Source of the DNA: Lentisphaeria bacterium
GTDB lineage: Bacteria; Verrucomicrobiota; Lentisphaeria; JABSQK01; JAWLHB01
Direction of reading: 5' to 3'
DNA length: 64,000 nucleotides
NCBI GenBank assembly: GCA_041690595.1
Contig: JAWLHB010000003.1
Coordinates: 62,001-126,000 of the forward strand
The notes beneath the pieces are model-generated. The model had not been told where the DNA came from and searched no databases. It worked only from the letters and a program-made list of their open reading frames with translations. Shown piece after piece: positions 38,933-49,300 of this stretch. Position numbers and translations under genes: made by a program. The stretch's first letter is position 1. Each line of letters opens with the position of its first letter.

Positions 38933-39278
38933 TCTCCTCTCCCTTGGCTGAAGCAGCGCTGTCATCCTCCAAGATGCCCTCCCGATCCCCAATCGTCAAG
39001 GTGAGCACAACCCTGCTTTCCCAAAGCCCCTCTCCGAGCCGCGGCCGATGTCCCCAAGATCCCTGTCATCCTGCCCACTGACCTCAATTTCGCCAGCGTC
39101 AACCGGCCCGCCAACTGGAGCCGCTCTCCGAGCCACGCAGCCTCAATGTGGCAATCCCCACCCGGCCGTTGCCCGGGTATTTCTCTCTTCATAAGTCCAA
39201 ATCCAATGCCATACCCCCGCGCGAGCTCAATTCCACAGTAACCGGCGTCTCCTTTTGCCACGGGGCTACGTCCCATAG

Positions 39279-39307
39279 CCCAGGGTTGCCCATCGGGCTA
39301 CCCTGGG
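39279..39307. repeat. REP-like palindrome
   Basis: CCCAGGGTTGCCC-ATC-GGGCTACCCTGGG, a 13-bp stem with one T-T mismatch. Confidence 0.7.
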
Positions 39308-39415
39308 TATACTGCCCGCCCACGCAGTTGCGTCCACGCCGTCGCCCCCTCTCCGTTTGAGCTCGGTTTCATTAAGGCCGTCGCCTCAAACGTCGCTGCC
39401 CTTGCGCCTCGCACG

Positions 39416-39542
39416 TTCTTTGCGCTCTCTGCGCTCTTTGCGGTTAATCCTCTGCCTGCTTCCAGTCCTATCCGTCCTATGCTCCTGTCCTGCTGCGCAC
39501 CGTGTGCGTCCGTGTGCGTCCGTGTGCGTCCGTGTGCGTCCG
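39416..39542. repeat. Short tandem repeats (9-bp and 10-bp units)
   Basis: TTCTTTGCG-CTCTCTGCG-CTCTTTGCG at 39416-39442; GTCCTATCC-GTCCTATGC at 39465-39482; four exact copies of CGTGTGCGTC at 39501-39540. Confidence 0.9.
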
Positions 39543-39565
39543 CAAGATCCGCAAATCGCGTCCGA

Positions 39566-42331
39566 TCAGTCGCTCGCGTCGACCATCTGCAGGCCGATGG
39601 GGAGCGAGTCGCCGAGGATCTGGGCCCCTTCCTCACGGCTCTCGTGAATGCGATGAACCAGCCGCTCCTGCCATTGGGAGGGCGCCTGGTGATCCGCCAG
39701 GAAACTCTGGCATTCGTGCTGGAGATCCGGGGGAAGATCGAGCGACCGTTCCCCCGTCTGGGCGCCGATCATGGAGATGGCAAAGAGACGCATGCGAGCC
39801 GCCTGAGCCGGCGGTGTCGTATCGAGCAGCGGGCGAAGCCACTGGGCAGCGGCATCCGCCGGAAGAACATAATTCAGGGGCGCGTGAAAGAGATGACGAG
39901 CACCCAATCGTGCCAGCACCCAATATTCGTAGGGCTCGAGCCGGGGAAGTCGCTCCACCAGCAAGGTGCCGATGCGACGCTTGCGCTTGGACGGCAACTG
40001 CTCCAGTGAACCAAGGCACCGCCACATCTCCTGCTTGGCCTGATCCCCTTCACGGATCTTGCCCCGATAGTTCCCCTTCGGAATGAGGATCTTTTCGAGC
40101 ATGTCGTCAATCGCAATCTGGTGACCCGATTTCAGCCCCGACGCAACCCGCCGCCAGAAGACCCACCATTCCGCGATGACCTGCGGTTGCCGGTCGTGCT
40201 GCACACCCTCGAACCAGAGCTTCCAGAGTTCACGCATCCGCAGCGAGTCCGCGGCATCGCCAAAGCCGGGTCGCATGCAGAAGCCGGTCAGATTCAGCCA
40301 CCGAGCTTCGTGCTGAGGTGTCCGAGCCCGCTCCCCGGTAAGCTCAAGGCAGCTGTCCGCCAGCTCGCGCAGGATCGAGATGGACCACTCGTCGCGCGTG
40401 AGATCAAGCGTCTGCTCGAGGCTGTTGACGAGCTTGGGAAGGCGCTCGATCTCCTTCAGGAAGATGGCGTGCAGGCTCTCGCGCGCTGCCGCGGTGCTGG
40501 CGGCATCGACGACAATCTGCGCCGGAGCATCGGCTGCGGCATCTCCAGCGGAGGGGCGAAGGTCGAAATGCAGCGGCCACCGATGCTCCGTCTGCAACGA
40601 CTCCAGAACGACTTCCAGCGTGCCGATCTCCGTCAGTTGGGTCGCGACTCTCACGTCGATTGCGCGTTTCTCCCCCTTACCGAAGCGCAGCACGGAGACC
40701 AGCGGCGCAACTTGCGAGAGGTCGTCCTGTGCCTCTTCGCTCAGCAGTTCCCCCGGCGCATCATGCAGACGAGTCGCGCTGCTGTGAAGCTCGAACAGCA
40801 CCTTCTCATTGGTCTGCAGGCGATAGTTGCCCGGAACTTCGACCCGGGTGCTCTCATCCGTGTCGCGTGCCATGACGCAGACAAAGCGGCTCGCGGCATC
40901 CGGTGCCGCCACCTTGATAAAGTAGGCGCGGGAGATGCCGCCGCGCACCTTGACCCCGGTGCCGCGGCGAACCCGCCCATAGTAGGCAGCGCCGATGGCG
41001 ACAGCGAGGGAATAATCTTCGCCAGCCAGTTCGTCAGGCGCGGGTTGCCCAGGAAACCAGCTCTCCAGCGCCGCGAGCACCCGAAGCCGGGCAATCCTCG
41101 ACTTCATGCTGCCGCCATTGAAAAGTATCTTGTGGGGATAGAGCAACTCACTGCCCGGGAGCCCGTCCCCCCCCTTGGCGACATGGCTGGCATACCGCAG
41201 GAACTGCAGCAGATGAACCGTCACCGCGGGCTCCTGCGCATACGGCAGCCCCATCTGTCGGATTCCCGTCGCGCCTCGCCGGGGCGGCGGTGCATCGGCC
41301 GGCACAAGCGGATAAAAACCACTCTCCAGCAGCTCGTTGACCTGCTCGCGGGTGAGCTTGGCCTTGCGCACATTCTGCAGCACCGAGCTTCCCTTGGAGA
41401 GCAGCGTAATGTCCACCGCCCCCTCCCCGCCTTCCAGGATCTGCTCCTTCGCGGCACGCGCCCGCTGGCAGAGCATCGCCCACTCGCCCGTGGGAAGCTT
41501 CGTCTTCCACTCCTGTTCAAGACCTCGGGCGATGGCAATGTCGATGTTGTCGCCGCCCAGCAGCAGGTGATCGCCAACCGCAAAGCGATGCAGCCCCCCC
41601 TGCTCATCCATCTCGATGAACGAAAAGTCCGTCGTCCCTCCACCGACATCCACCACGAGAACCCGCTCACCCGGCGCAAGCTTCTCCCGCCAGCTCTCCT
41701 CGTGACGGTTGAGCCACGCGTAAAAGGCCGCAAGCGGCTCCTCCAGCAGCGTCAGCTCCTTTAGCCCCGCGCGGCGCGCAGCGTCAAGGGTTAGCTCCCG
41801 AGCGGTCTCGTCAAAGCTGGCCGGAATCGTCACCACCGTCTGCTGTTCGGCCATGATGCAGGGTGAGCCGTCCCGATCGCGGACGCTCCCAAATCGCTGA
41901 TCCCAGGCCGATCGCAGATGGCGAAGAAAGGTGGCGGTGACCTCGATTGGCGACACCATGCGTGGCCCGAGGTCGCTGCCCCACGGCAGAATCGGCTTGG
42001 ACCGGTCGATGCCCGCGTGCGCCAGCCAGGACTTGGCGGAAACTATCTGCCGCGACGGACTCGATGCCCCGTGATCGCGGGCAAAGACACCGACCGTCAA
42101 TTCGGGCGCCTCGTCCCAGGGAAGCCGAAGCGCCCCCTCTGGAAGCTCTTCGCGAGCCGGCAGATAACAGAAGGACGGTAGAAGATCTCGTTCGGCAAGC
42201 TCACCCACCGCCACGATCTGCGGGATCGGAAACTTGTGGATCGTCAGATCCGGCGAATACGTATCGACATAGAAGGCCGCAATGTTGGTCGTCCCAAGGT
42301 CGATGCCGATGATGTAACGGGAATCATGCAT
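39566..42331 (-). CDS. Atypical Hsp70-family protein with C-terminal DUF3731-like extension
   Basis: Start moved to MHDSRY. IGIDLGTTN, TIPASFD, EEPLAA, DVGGGTTD and LGGDNID motifs; C-terminal WLNLTGFCMRPGFG..WWVFWRRVASGL. Confidence 0.88.
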   Translation of the reverse strand: MHDSRYIIGIDLGTTNIAAFYVDTYSPDLTIHKFPIPQIVAVGELAERDLLPSFCYLPAREELPEGALRLPWDEAPELTVGVFARDHGASSPSRQIVSAKSWLAHAGIDRSKPILPWGSDLGPRMVSPIEVTATFLRHLRSAWDQRFGSVRDRDGSPCIMAEQQTVVTIPASFDETARELTLDAARRAGLKELTLLEEPLAAFYAWLNRHEESWREKLAPGERVLVVDVGGGTTDFSFIEMDEQGGLHRFAVGDHLLLGGDNIDIAIARGLEQEWKTKLPTGEWAMLCQRARAAKEQILEGGEGAVDITLLSKGSSVLQNVRKAKLTREQVNELLESGFYPLVPADAPPPRRGATGIRQMGLPYAQEPAVTVHLLQFLRYASHVAKGGDGLPGSELLYPHKILFNGGSMKSRIARLRVLAALESWFPGQPAPDELAGEDYSLAVAIGAAYYGRVRRGTGVKVRGGISRAYFIKVAAPDAASRFVCVMARDTDESTRVEVPGNYRLQTNEKVLFELHSSATRLHDAPGELLSEEAQDDLSQVAPLVSVLRFGKGEKRAIDVRVATQLTEIGTLEVVLESLQTEHRWPLHFDLRPSAGDAAADAPAQIVVDAASTAAARESLHAIFLKEIERLPKLVNSLEQTLDLTRDEWSISILRELADSCLELTGERARTPQHEARWLNLTGFCMRPGFGDAADSLRMRELWKLWFEGVQHDRQPQVIAEWWVFWRRVASGLKSGHQIAIDDMLEKILIPKGNYRGKIREGDQAKQEMWRCLGSLEQLPSKRKRRIGTLLVERLPRLEPYEYWVLARLGARHLFHAPLNYVLPADAAAQWLRPLLDTTPPAQAARMRLFAISMIGAQTGERSLDLPPDLQHECQSFLADHQAPSQWQERLVHRIHESREEGAQILGDSLPIGLQMVDASD

Positions 42332-42335
42332 GCAA

Positions 42336-44207
42336 TCACGCTCCGGCACTGCCGCCGGGCTCCTGCTCGGCGTGGGCGGTGAGCGTGTCGCCAGGGCCGC
42401 TTGCGCCGATCGCCCGCAGCTCGTACTCCAGCTTCCAGCGGCGGTCGCCACCATCTTCGAGGCACCAGAGCTGAAGCGTCCCGATCTCCGAGAGCACGGC
42501 TTTCAACGTCACCGGAACCAGCGTCCCCGGCGGCGTGCGCTCGTCGTCAACCGACAGGCTCGCCGAAAGCGCGGGCAGTTCGTGAAGCTCCTCGTTGCCG
42601 GCATCCGGCAGGATGTCGCCGATGCGATCATCCTTGCGGATCGTCGACGCAAAGAACTGGAACTCAGTCGTCTCCCCAACCACCAGGCCAAGGCCAGTGA
42701 AGGGGATATGCTCGTCCGTCCCTTCTTCCATGGCGAAGGCAACGACGCACAACGCCTCCATCGGCGGTGAAAAACCAGGGACGGCAGGCATCGAAGGCTC
42801 GATCCCCACATAATACGAGTGAGGACTCCCCGCCTTGATCCGGATCGAGTTGCCCCGCCGCACATTTCCGTACCAGCAGGCGCCAAGTGCAACCGCAAGG
42901 TCCGGTTTCGTGCCCGCCATGACCGTGGCTTCGCCGCCCGTGCTCCAGTTCCGCATCACCTCGATAATCCGCTCCTGCAGCACCGTCGCCTTGGTCACGC
43001 CACCATTGAAAAGGATCGCCGACGGCAGCCGCCTCTCGCCATCGGCCCCCGCCGCGCAGTGGCGCGAGAGAAAAGCGGCAAGGTGGCGGGTGACCGCCGG
43101 ATCGGACGCATAGTCGAGGCCAAACGCCCGCAGTCCCCCGCGGCGCCCTTCCTCCGGATGCTCGTCCAGCCCCACAACCGGAAAGAATCCATCGACAAGT
43201 ATCTGCTGGAGCTCCGCAAACGAGAGTTCCGTGGTGATGGCGCCGCCAATGACGCTGCTGCCGCGACCAAGCACCGTCAGTTTCTGGGGAGGCGCATCCG
43301 GCGAGGCACAGAGAAGCTCCTTCGCTTCCCGGCAGGCATGGGTGAGCCCCGCAATCTGGTAGTTGTCGAGGCGCAGGTTGCGCTCGCGCTGAAGCTTCGC
43401 CGCAACCGCATACGCGAGGGTGAGATCCATGTTGTCGCCGCCAAGGAGAATATGATCCCCTACCGCAACACGCTGCAGTGCGAGATTGCCCTCCTCGTCG
43501 ATGACCTCGATCAGACTGAAGTCGGTCGTCCCGCCGCCAAGATCGCAGACCAGCACGAGATCTCCCGCATCGACCTCATCACGCCAACCTTCCCCCCGAT
43601 CCTGCAGCCACGCATAGAACGCGGCCTGCGGCTCCTCCAATAGCGTGACGTGAAGATTGGCCCGCTGCGCAGCCTTCACCGTCAGTTCCCGCGCGACCGC
43701 ATCGAAGGAAGCGGGAACGGTGAGGACAATCTCCTGCTGCTCGAAGGCCAGCTCGGGATCCGCCCCGGCAAACTGATGGTTCCAGCCATCGCGAATGTGC
43801 TCGATTAGCCGCTGCGCCGCATCCACCGGCGAGAGCTGCCGGTCTGGATTGTTTCGGTTCCACGGCAGGATGCGAGCAAGTCGATCGACATTCGCGGCGC
43901 ACAGCCACGACTTGGCGGAGCTGATGGTCTTGCCGGGAAGCGTGGCTGCCTGCTTGCGCGCAAAGGCGCCGACGGCAAAGTTGCGGCCGGTCGCCCAGGG
44001 CAGGTCGAGTGCCCCTTCCGCCACCTCCTGTTCATCCGGAAGATAGAGAAAAGAAGGAAGCGTCTCGCGGGCCTGTCGCTCGCCGGCCTGGGTGATCTGC
44101 GGCACGGCAAAGACCTTCGGATCCGCCCCCTCGACCGATGAATCGAGATAGGCGACGGCGGTATTCGTGGTGCCAAGGTCGATACCGATGATGTACCTGG
44201 ATGCCAT
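42336..44207 (-). CDS. Atypical Hsp70-family protein
   Basis: IGIDLGTTN, TVPASFD, EEPQAA, DLGGGTTD, LGGDNMD and LFNGG motifs; lacks a DnaK-type substrate-binding tail. Confidence 0.9.
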   Translation of the reverse strand: MASRYIIGIDLGTTNTAVAYLDSSVEGADPKVFAVPQITQAGERQARETLPSFLYLPDEQEVAEGALDLPWATGRNFAVGAFARKQAATLPGKTISSAKSWLCAANVDRLARILPWNRNNPDRQLSPVDAAQRLIEHIRDGWNHQFAGADPELAFEQQEIVLTVPASFDAVARELTVKAAQRANLHVTLLEEPQAAFYAWLQDRGEGWRDEVDAGDLVLVCDLGGGTTDFSLIEVIDEEGNLALQRVAVGDHILLGGDNMDLTLAYAVAAKLQRERNLRLDNYQIAGLTHACREAKELLCASPDAPPQKLTVLGRGSSVIGGAITTELSFAELQQILVDGFFPVVGLDEHPEEGRRGGLRAFGLDYASDPAVTRHLAAFLSRHCAAGADGERRLPSAILFNGGVTKATVLQERIIEVMRNWSTGGEATVMAGTKPDLAVALGACWYGNVRRGNSIRIKAGSPHSYYVGIEPSMPAVPGFSPPMEALCVVAFAMEEGTDEHIPFTGLGLVVGETTEFQFFASTIRKDDRIGDILPDAGNEELHELPALSASLSVDDERTPPGTLVPVTLKAVLSEIGTLQLWCLEDGGDRRWKLEYELRAIGASGPGDTLTAHAEQEPGGSAGA

Positions 44208-44231
44208 GGATCAAGCTCCTGTAAACGCGCG

Positions 44232-44753
44232 TCAGATTTCGACTTCGGCCGGCTGAATGATCGCCTCGTTGATCTTGCCGGTGCGCTCGGGGAGATTGAG
44301 CCTGGCCGCCTTCCAGCCCTGGTGACGCACGGCCCCTCTGTAAGGCGCCTCGTCCGGCACGTTGCCGCTCAGCTTGTAGAGTGTCGGATCGAGCGGCGCA
44401 GGCACCTGCACGCTCTCCCCTTCAGCCGTATCCACCACCCGCTGGATGCCGAAATACTCGCTCAGTGCCTTGGCGCAGTCCTTGTGTATCTGCCGCACCG
44501 CCGCGCCGATCTGATCGTCGGCATAGCCATCCAGATTCTCCTGAAGGAAGTCTACAAGACGCCCCTCGCGCTGAAGAAGCAGGAGCGCGTAGACTGCCCC
44601 CTCGTGAAAACGGTCGGGTCGTGGCTCCGGCTTAGGAGCGGCGCTGAGCCGTGCGATCCTGTCGCGCAGCTCGTTCACCTGCTCGCCCGGCACCAGCTCG
44701 CCACCGCGCAAAACCTGCCAGAACGCCTTGAACGCGTCAATGATTCTTGCCAT
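44232..44753 (-). CDS. DUF2760-like protein with GrpE-like C-terminus
   Basis: LLLLQREGRLVDFLQE, DQIGAAVRQIH and HQGW...IIQPAEVEI motifs. Confidence 0.8.
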   Translation of the reverse strand: MARIIDAFKAFWQVLRGGELVPGEQVNELRDRIARLSAAPKPEPRPDRFHEGAVYALLLLQREGRLVDFLQENLDGYADDQIGAAVRQIHKDCAKALSEYFGIQRVVDTAEGESVQVPAPLDPTLYKLSGNVPDEAPYRGAVRHQGWKAARLNLPERTGKINEAIIQPAEVEI

Positions 44754-44891
44754 TATGTGTAGATCCGATTGTGCAAGAGGTTAAGATGAGTCGGCAATGG
44801 GAACAGATACCCTATAGATTTCGCCTGCTTTTTCAAGGCGTTTGCCAAAGTTGAGCTTGCAATTCCGCCCCCAATCGCGCCTATTCGCGTC

Positions 44892-46319
44892 ATGAAAGAT
44901 GTGACTGCCGCCATTCTCATACATAGCGACCGGCTCCTCATCGCTCGCCGGCGCCCCGATACTCGCCATGGAAATGACTGGGAATTCCCGGGCGGCAAGG
45001 TCGAAGCGGGTGAGAGCCCCCAGGACTGCCTCTGCCGGGAGATGCTCGAAGAATTCGGCGTCACCGTCGAAGTCGGCGACTTCTTCGCCACCAGCGAATA
45101 TCGGTACGATCATGGTTGCATACGGCTGCTCGCCTATCGCACCCGTTGGATTGCCGGTGCCTTCCAGCTGCGCGTTCACGACGAGCTGCGCTGGATCGCC
45201 CTCGATGAATTGGACGCTTTCGTCTTCCTGCCGGCGGATCGACCGCTGGTGACACTATTGAAATCCATCTTGAGGAATGAGAAGATGCCACAGACAGAAG
45301 ATCGCTTGTCCCCGTCGGCCAACCACCATTACCTGATGAATAACCAGACGCCTCGCCTGACCTTCACCGGCGGTGACGTCCGCGAATGGCAGCAGGCACT
45401 GCGTCCCGCCGTCGCCCAGTGCCTCGGCATGGGCAACATGCCCACCACACGCGTTGACCTGGCGCCACGCTCCATCTGGAAGCGCCGGCATGAATTCGGC
45501 ACCATCGAAAAGATCATCTTCACCAGCGAAGCTTTCGCCGATGTCCCGGCCTATCTCTGCCTGCCGAAGGATGTCGCCCCGCCCTACCCCACCTTCATCT
45601 GCCTACAGGGCCATTCCACCGGCGCCCACGTCTCGATCGCCGTTCAGCGGGATGATGAAACGCTCCCATTGGAGGTGGCGGGTGACCGCGACTTCGGCAT
45701 CGGCTGCATGAAGCGCGGCATGGCGGCACTCTGTATCGAGCAGCGCTCGTTCGGCGCTCGCCGCGAGCTGCGCCTTGACGACTCCAACTGCGCGGGCTGT
45801 CACCAGGCAACCGTGCATGCACTGATGCTCGGCCGCACCCTGATCGGCGAACGCGTCTACGATGTCGACCGCGGCATCGACTACCTCGAGAGCCGAGGGG
45901 ACATCGACATGACCTCTCTGGGTGTCATGGGCAACTCCGGCGGCGGGACCATCAGCCTCTTCGCCGCTGCCCTCCTGCCCCGCCTGCGGGCCGCCATGCC
46001 TTCCTGCTACTTCTGCACCTTTGCCGACTCCGTCATGTCCATCTATCACTGCCTGGACAACTACGCCCCCGGCCTCCTGCTGGTCGCCGAAATGGCGGAT
46101 GTCCTCGGCTGCTTCGCCCCCAGACCCGTGACCATCGTTGCCGGTGTCGAAGACGCCATCTTCCCCATCGCCGGCGTCCGCAAGGCCTTTGCCCAGCTCC
46201 AGAAGATCTACGCCGCCGCCGGTGCTCCCGAGAACTGCCGTCTCGTCGTCGGACCGGAAGGTCACCGCTTCTATGCCGAGCAGGGATGGTCCGCCATGCT
46301 CCCCATGCTGGGGCGCTGA
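44892..46319 (+). CDS. MutT-like Nudix domain fused in frame to an alpha/beta hydrolase
   Basis: Nudix box GGKVEAGESPQDCLCREMLEEFG; esterase GNSGGG plus Asp and His (EGHRF); internal ATG at 45285. Confidence 0.8.
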   Translation: MKDVTAAILIHSDRLLIARRRPDTRHGNDWEFPGGKVEAGESPQDCLCREMLEEFGVTVEVGDFFATSEYRYDHGCIRLLAYRTRWIAGAFQLRVHDELRWIALDELDAFVFLPADRPLVTLLKSILRNEKMPQTEDRLSPSANHHYLMNNQTPRLTFTGGDVREWQQALRPAVAQCLGMGNMPTTRVDLAPRSIWKRRHEFGTIEKIIFTSEAFADVPAYLCLPKDVAPPYPTFICLQGHSTGAHVSIAVQRDDETLPLEVAGDRDFGIGCMKRGMAALCIEQRSFGARRELRLDDSNCAGCHQATVHALMLGRTLIGERVYDVDRGIDYLESRGDIDMTSLGVMGNSGGGTISLFAAALLPRLRAAMPSCYFCTFADSVMSIYHCLDNYAPGLLLVAEMADVLGCFAPRPVTIVAGVEDAIFPIAGVRKAFAQLQKIYAAAGAPENCRLVVGPEGHRFYAEQGWSAMLPMLGR

Positions 46320-46321
46320 TC

Positions 46322-49300
46322 CTATTCCGCGCGGGACAGGTGAAGCTGACGCCAGCGGTTGGGCAGGATCTGCACCTCCACCTTGCCGTAGTCGATCTGC
46401 ATCTGCTGACTCAGCACCGTATCGACCAGGCGAACGGGCATGTTCTCCATCCCGAGGGCCGCAAGCTCAAGCGTGATGCTTGCGGTCACCGGCTCCTCCG
46501 TGGGATTGACAATGGTGATCATGGCGGCCGTGCCAGGAACGCGGTGCAGCGCAATCAGCAGGTCGCTGTTGCTGCTCTTCACGTACTCGCCGCTCTTCCA
46601 CCAAGGGCTCCAGAGACTGCCGCTCCAGGGGAAGGTACGCCAGGCGCCCCACAGCGCCCCAACCACGATCGCCGATTCGTCATCATACGTCGCCCGCTTG
46701 ACGGCCGGATAAAGATCGCTCAGGAGATGCTCCGGCGCGGCCTGGAAGCGGGCATCCAGCAGAAGTGCCGGTCCCCAGCTTGAAAGCCTGCTGCTCGGTT
46801 GGTCAAAGGCGTTGTTGTTGAAGGCCACCACCGGCACCCCGAAAGCATGACCATAGTACCGGCTGATCAACTGGTCGCGATCCTGCTGCAGCAACTCCTG
46901 CCAACGCACGTACTGACCCGCAACATGCACATCGACAAAACTCTCGATCGTCGGGAAGATATAGGGCATGCTGTCCGCCATCACCAGCCCCTGCTTGTCA
47001 GGACCCGAATGCAGCAGAAGCCACAGCCGCTGCTGGAGCCGCCGCTGGCTGAAAATCGGGTACTTGCCCCGCAGGCGACCCTCTTCATCATACCAACCCG
47101 CCCCCGTGGAAAGATTGGTGGAAAGCCGGGGCATCACCGCATTCTTCTGGAAGATCCCATTGACGCCGGTGCTGTCGATCGTCTGCTGCAGGCGCGACAG
47201 GTACCAATCCTGAAACGGCGGCGTCGGATCATGGCGGAAACGGGTGCCGCTCCCCCGCTCCGGATCGATCACCATCTCCCGCCAGTGGTCATCCAACTCC
47301 GCCCAGTCCACCGGCACAATCGCGAACATCTGAAACACGTTCCATCGCAGCCCCTGCCGCTGGCGCATCTTGACGGCCTCGGCCATACCCAGGGAGCGCC
47401 ACGAGGTCGTCGTGTCACCGGGGTTGAAACCGGGAAGACTGTGCCCAGTCGGCCAGACGACGGTGGATTTCGGCGAGTCCGAGGGCGTCTCGTCAACTGT
47501 CAGGTGGGCGGTGGCGCCATTACCCGCAAGCGCCCTGGCCAGACTGCCTACATCCGTGGCATCGACCCGGCGCGACATGCGATTCACCACCGTGTCGCCA
47601 GTAGTCAGGCGCACATCGTGTGCATAGGTACTGCTCATCGGCTTCGCGGGCGTCACCAGCATCCCCCACTCGAAAGAAACTGGCTGGGTGACCGTCTTGA
47701 CCCGGCTGCGCGGGCCGGATGTGTCGCGCCGCACCATGTGGACACGAACAATGGCAACCTCCTTGTCGAAACGCACCGTCACCGCGTCCGGCTGATCCAG
47801 CGGAAACCAGTCTCGGTCCCACTCGAAGGTCAGGTCGATTCCCGCGTCGGCATTACCCAACCACAGATTGCTCACGAACGGCAGCGTCAGTCCAGCCTCG
47901 GGCACGCGTCCTGCAGCCCAGTACGCGGGATTGGCATCCGCAAGCGTGCCGGCGGGGCCAACATGGTAGAACTCCACGATTGAGCGCCGCAGAGGAATCT
48001 CCAGCACCAGACCCGCGATCTGCAGCGGCCGCTGACCCACCGGACTCAAGGCCAGCGTGTGCCTGCTGAAGCCGTCGAACTCCGTATCGACGGTGAGCCT
48101 GCCGCGGAGGCTGCCGCCAAGGCTGCTGATCTCTGTCTGGCGAACCACACGCCATGGGTCGCGCTGCAGATTGGCGGCTCCGTAGACAAGCTCCTGCGCG
48201 ACATCCAGCTGCAGCGTCACGGGCGCCGCCAGCAGTTCCACGCCCGCATTCGCATGGATGATTGACGTCGGCATGAGGCGATTGTTGTAGGTCAGGGTGC
48301 GCCCCCACATGTCCAGAGTCGTGGTTGTTGCCCGCAGCGGAGTCCAGGGCAGGGGCACCTGCCGCATCGCTTCCACTTTGCCCAGATTGTTTCCCCACCA
48401 GGCCGGCGTCTCCGGGATTCGCACACTCCGCTCTACGCTCGCCAGTACCTTGCCGCCCCCCTCGAGCAACTGAGTCTCCAGCGTATACTGCCCCGGCCGC
48501 ACCCCGGTAATGGGAAACTGCAAGCGCACGTCCCGCCGATCCGCGCTGAGCGCGAGGGTACTCTCCGCCACGCTGCCGCCAGTGGCATTCAGCAACCGCG
48601 CCTTGAGGTTGCTTCCAGGGCCAGGCGAAGTGGATATCCCATTGTAATCGGCCAGAACCACCAGGTGCTGTCCCAGCAGGGGATAAACATGCGCCCGTAC
48701 CTCCAACTCCGCGTGTCGTCGAACTCCCCAAGTCCCTGCCGAAAGCAGCTTGCCTTCATTGTCGAAGACGCGCATATGCATCAGGTACCGGCCAGGTGGG
48801 ACGTCGGCACTGAACTCCGTACGCGCGCCGCCTGCAACCTTGCCACTCCACCTGTCGATGAAGCGGTAATGGCGCAATGCCTCCTGCCCCACAAGTGTTG
48901 GCGACACGCTCTTCCCAAGACGATCGGATTCCGCATCGAGCCCCGCCAGACTCTTGATGATAGAGTAGTATTCCGTTCGATCGTTTGGCTGCTGGAAAAG
49001 CGCAGCATGGACGACCACCCCCTGCCGAGCACCCTCGGCCAGTTGCACTGCCGCTCCAAGTGTCCGTTCGCGTGGCGGTGACATGGCGACCAGCTGCACC
49101 GGCGGCGTGTCGACATCACCGAAACGAAGATAACCATAGTCCTTGAGCGGGGTGGCATTATCGACGACACTGTAGACGCCTTGTTGAACGGTTGGCGTCG
49201 CGCGATGATTGATCACCTGCAACTCCCACAGATCATCCTGCCGCGGCGTGCGGCGCTCGAAGAAGGTGAACGGCAGAAAGAGTTCACCCTCATAGCCCGA

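Noticed and set aside
39501..39540. CRISPR or coding repeat
   Set aside because: Head-to-tail 10-mer with no spacers; overlapping ORFs look spurious.
42336..44207. Canonical dnaK or hscA
   Set aside because: C-terminal region differs from the DnaK substrate-binding domain; no dnaJ or isc context.
44754..44891. Heat-shock control element upstream of the Hsp70 triad
   Set aside because: No CIRCE inverted repeat; CTTGAA is present but without a correctly spaced CCCCAT.
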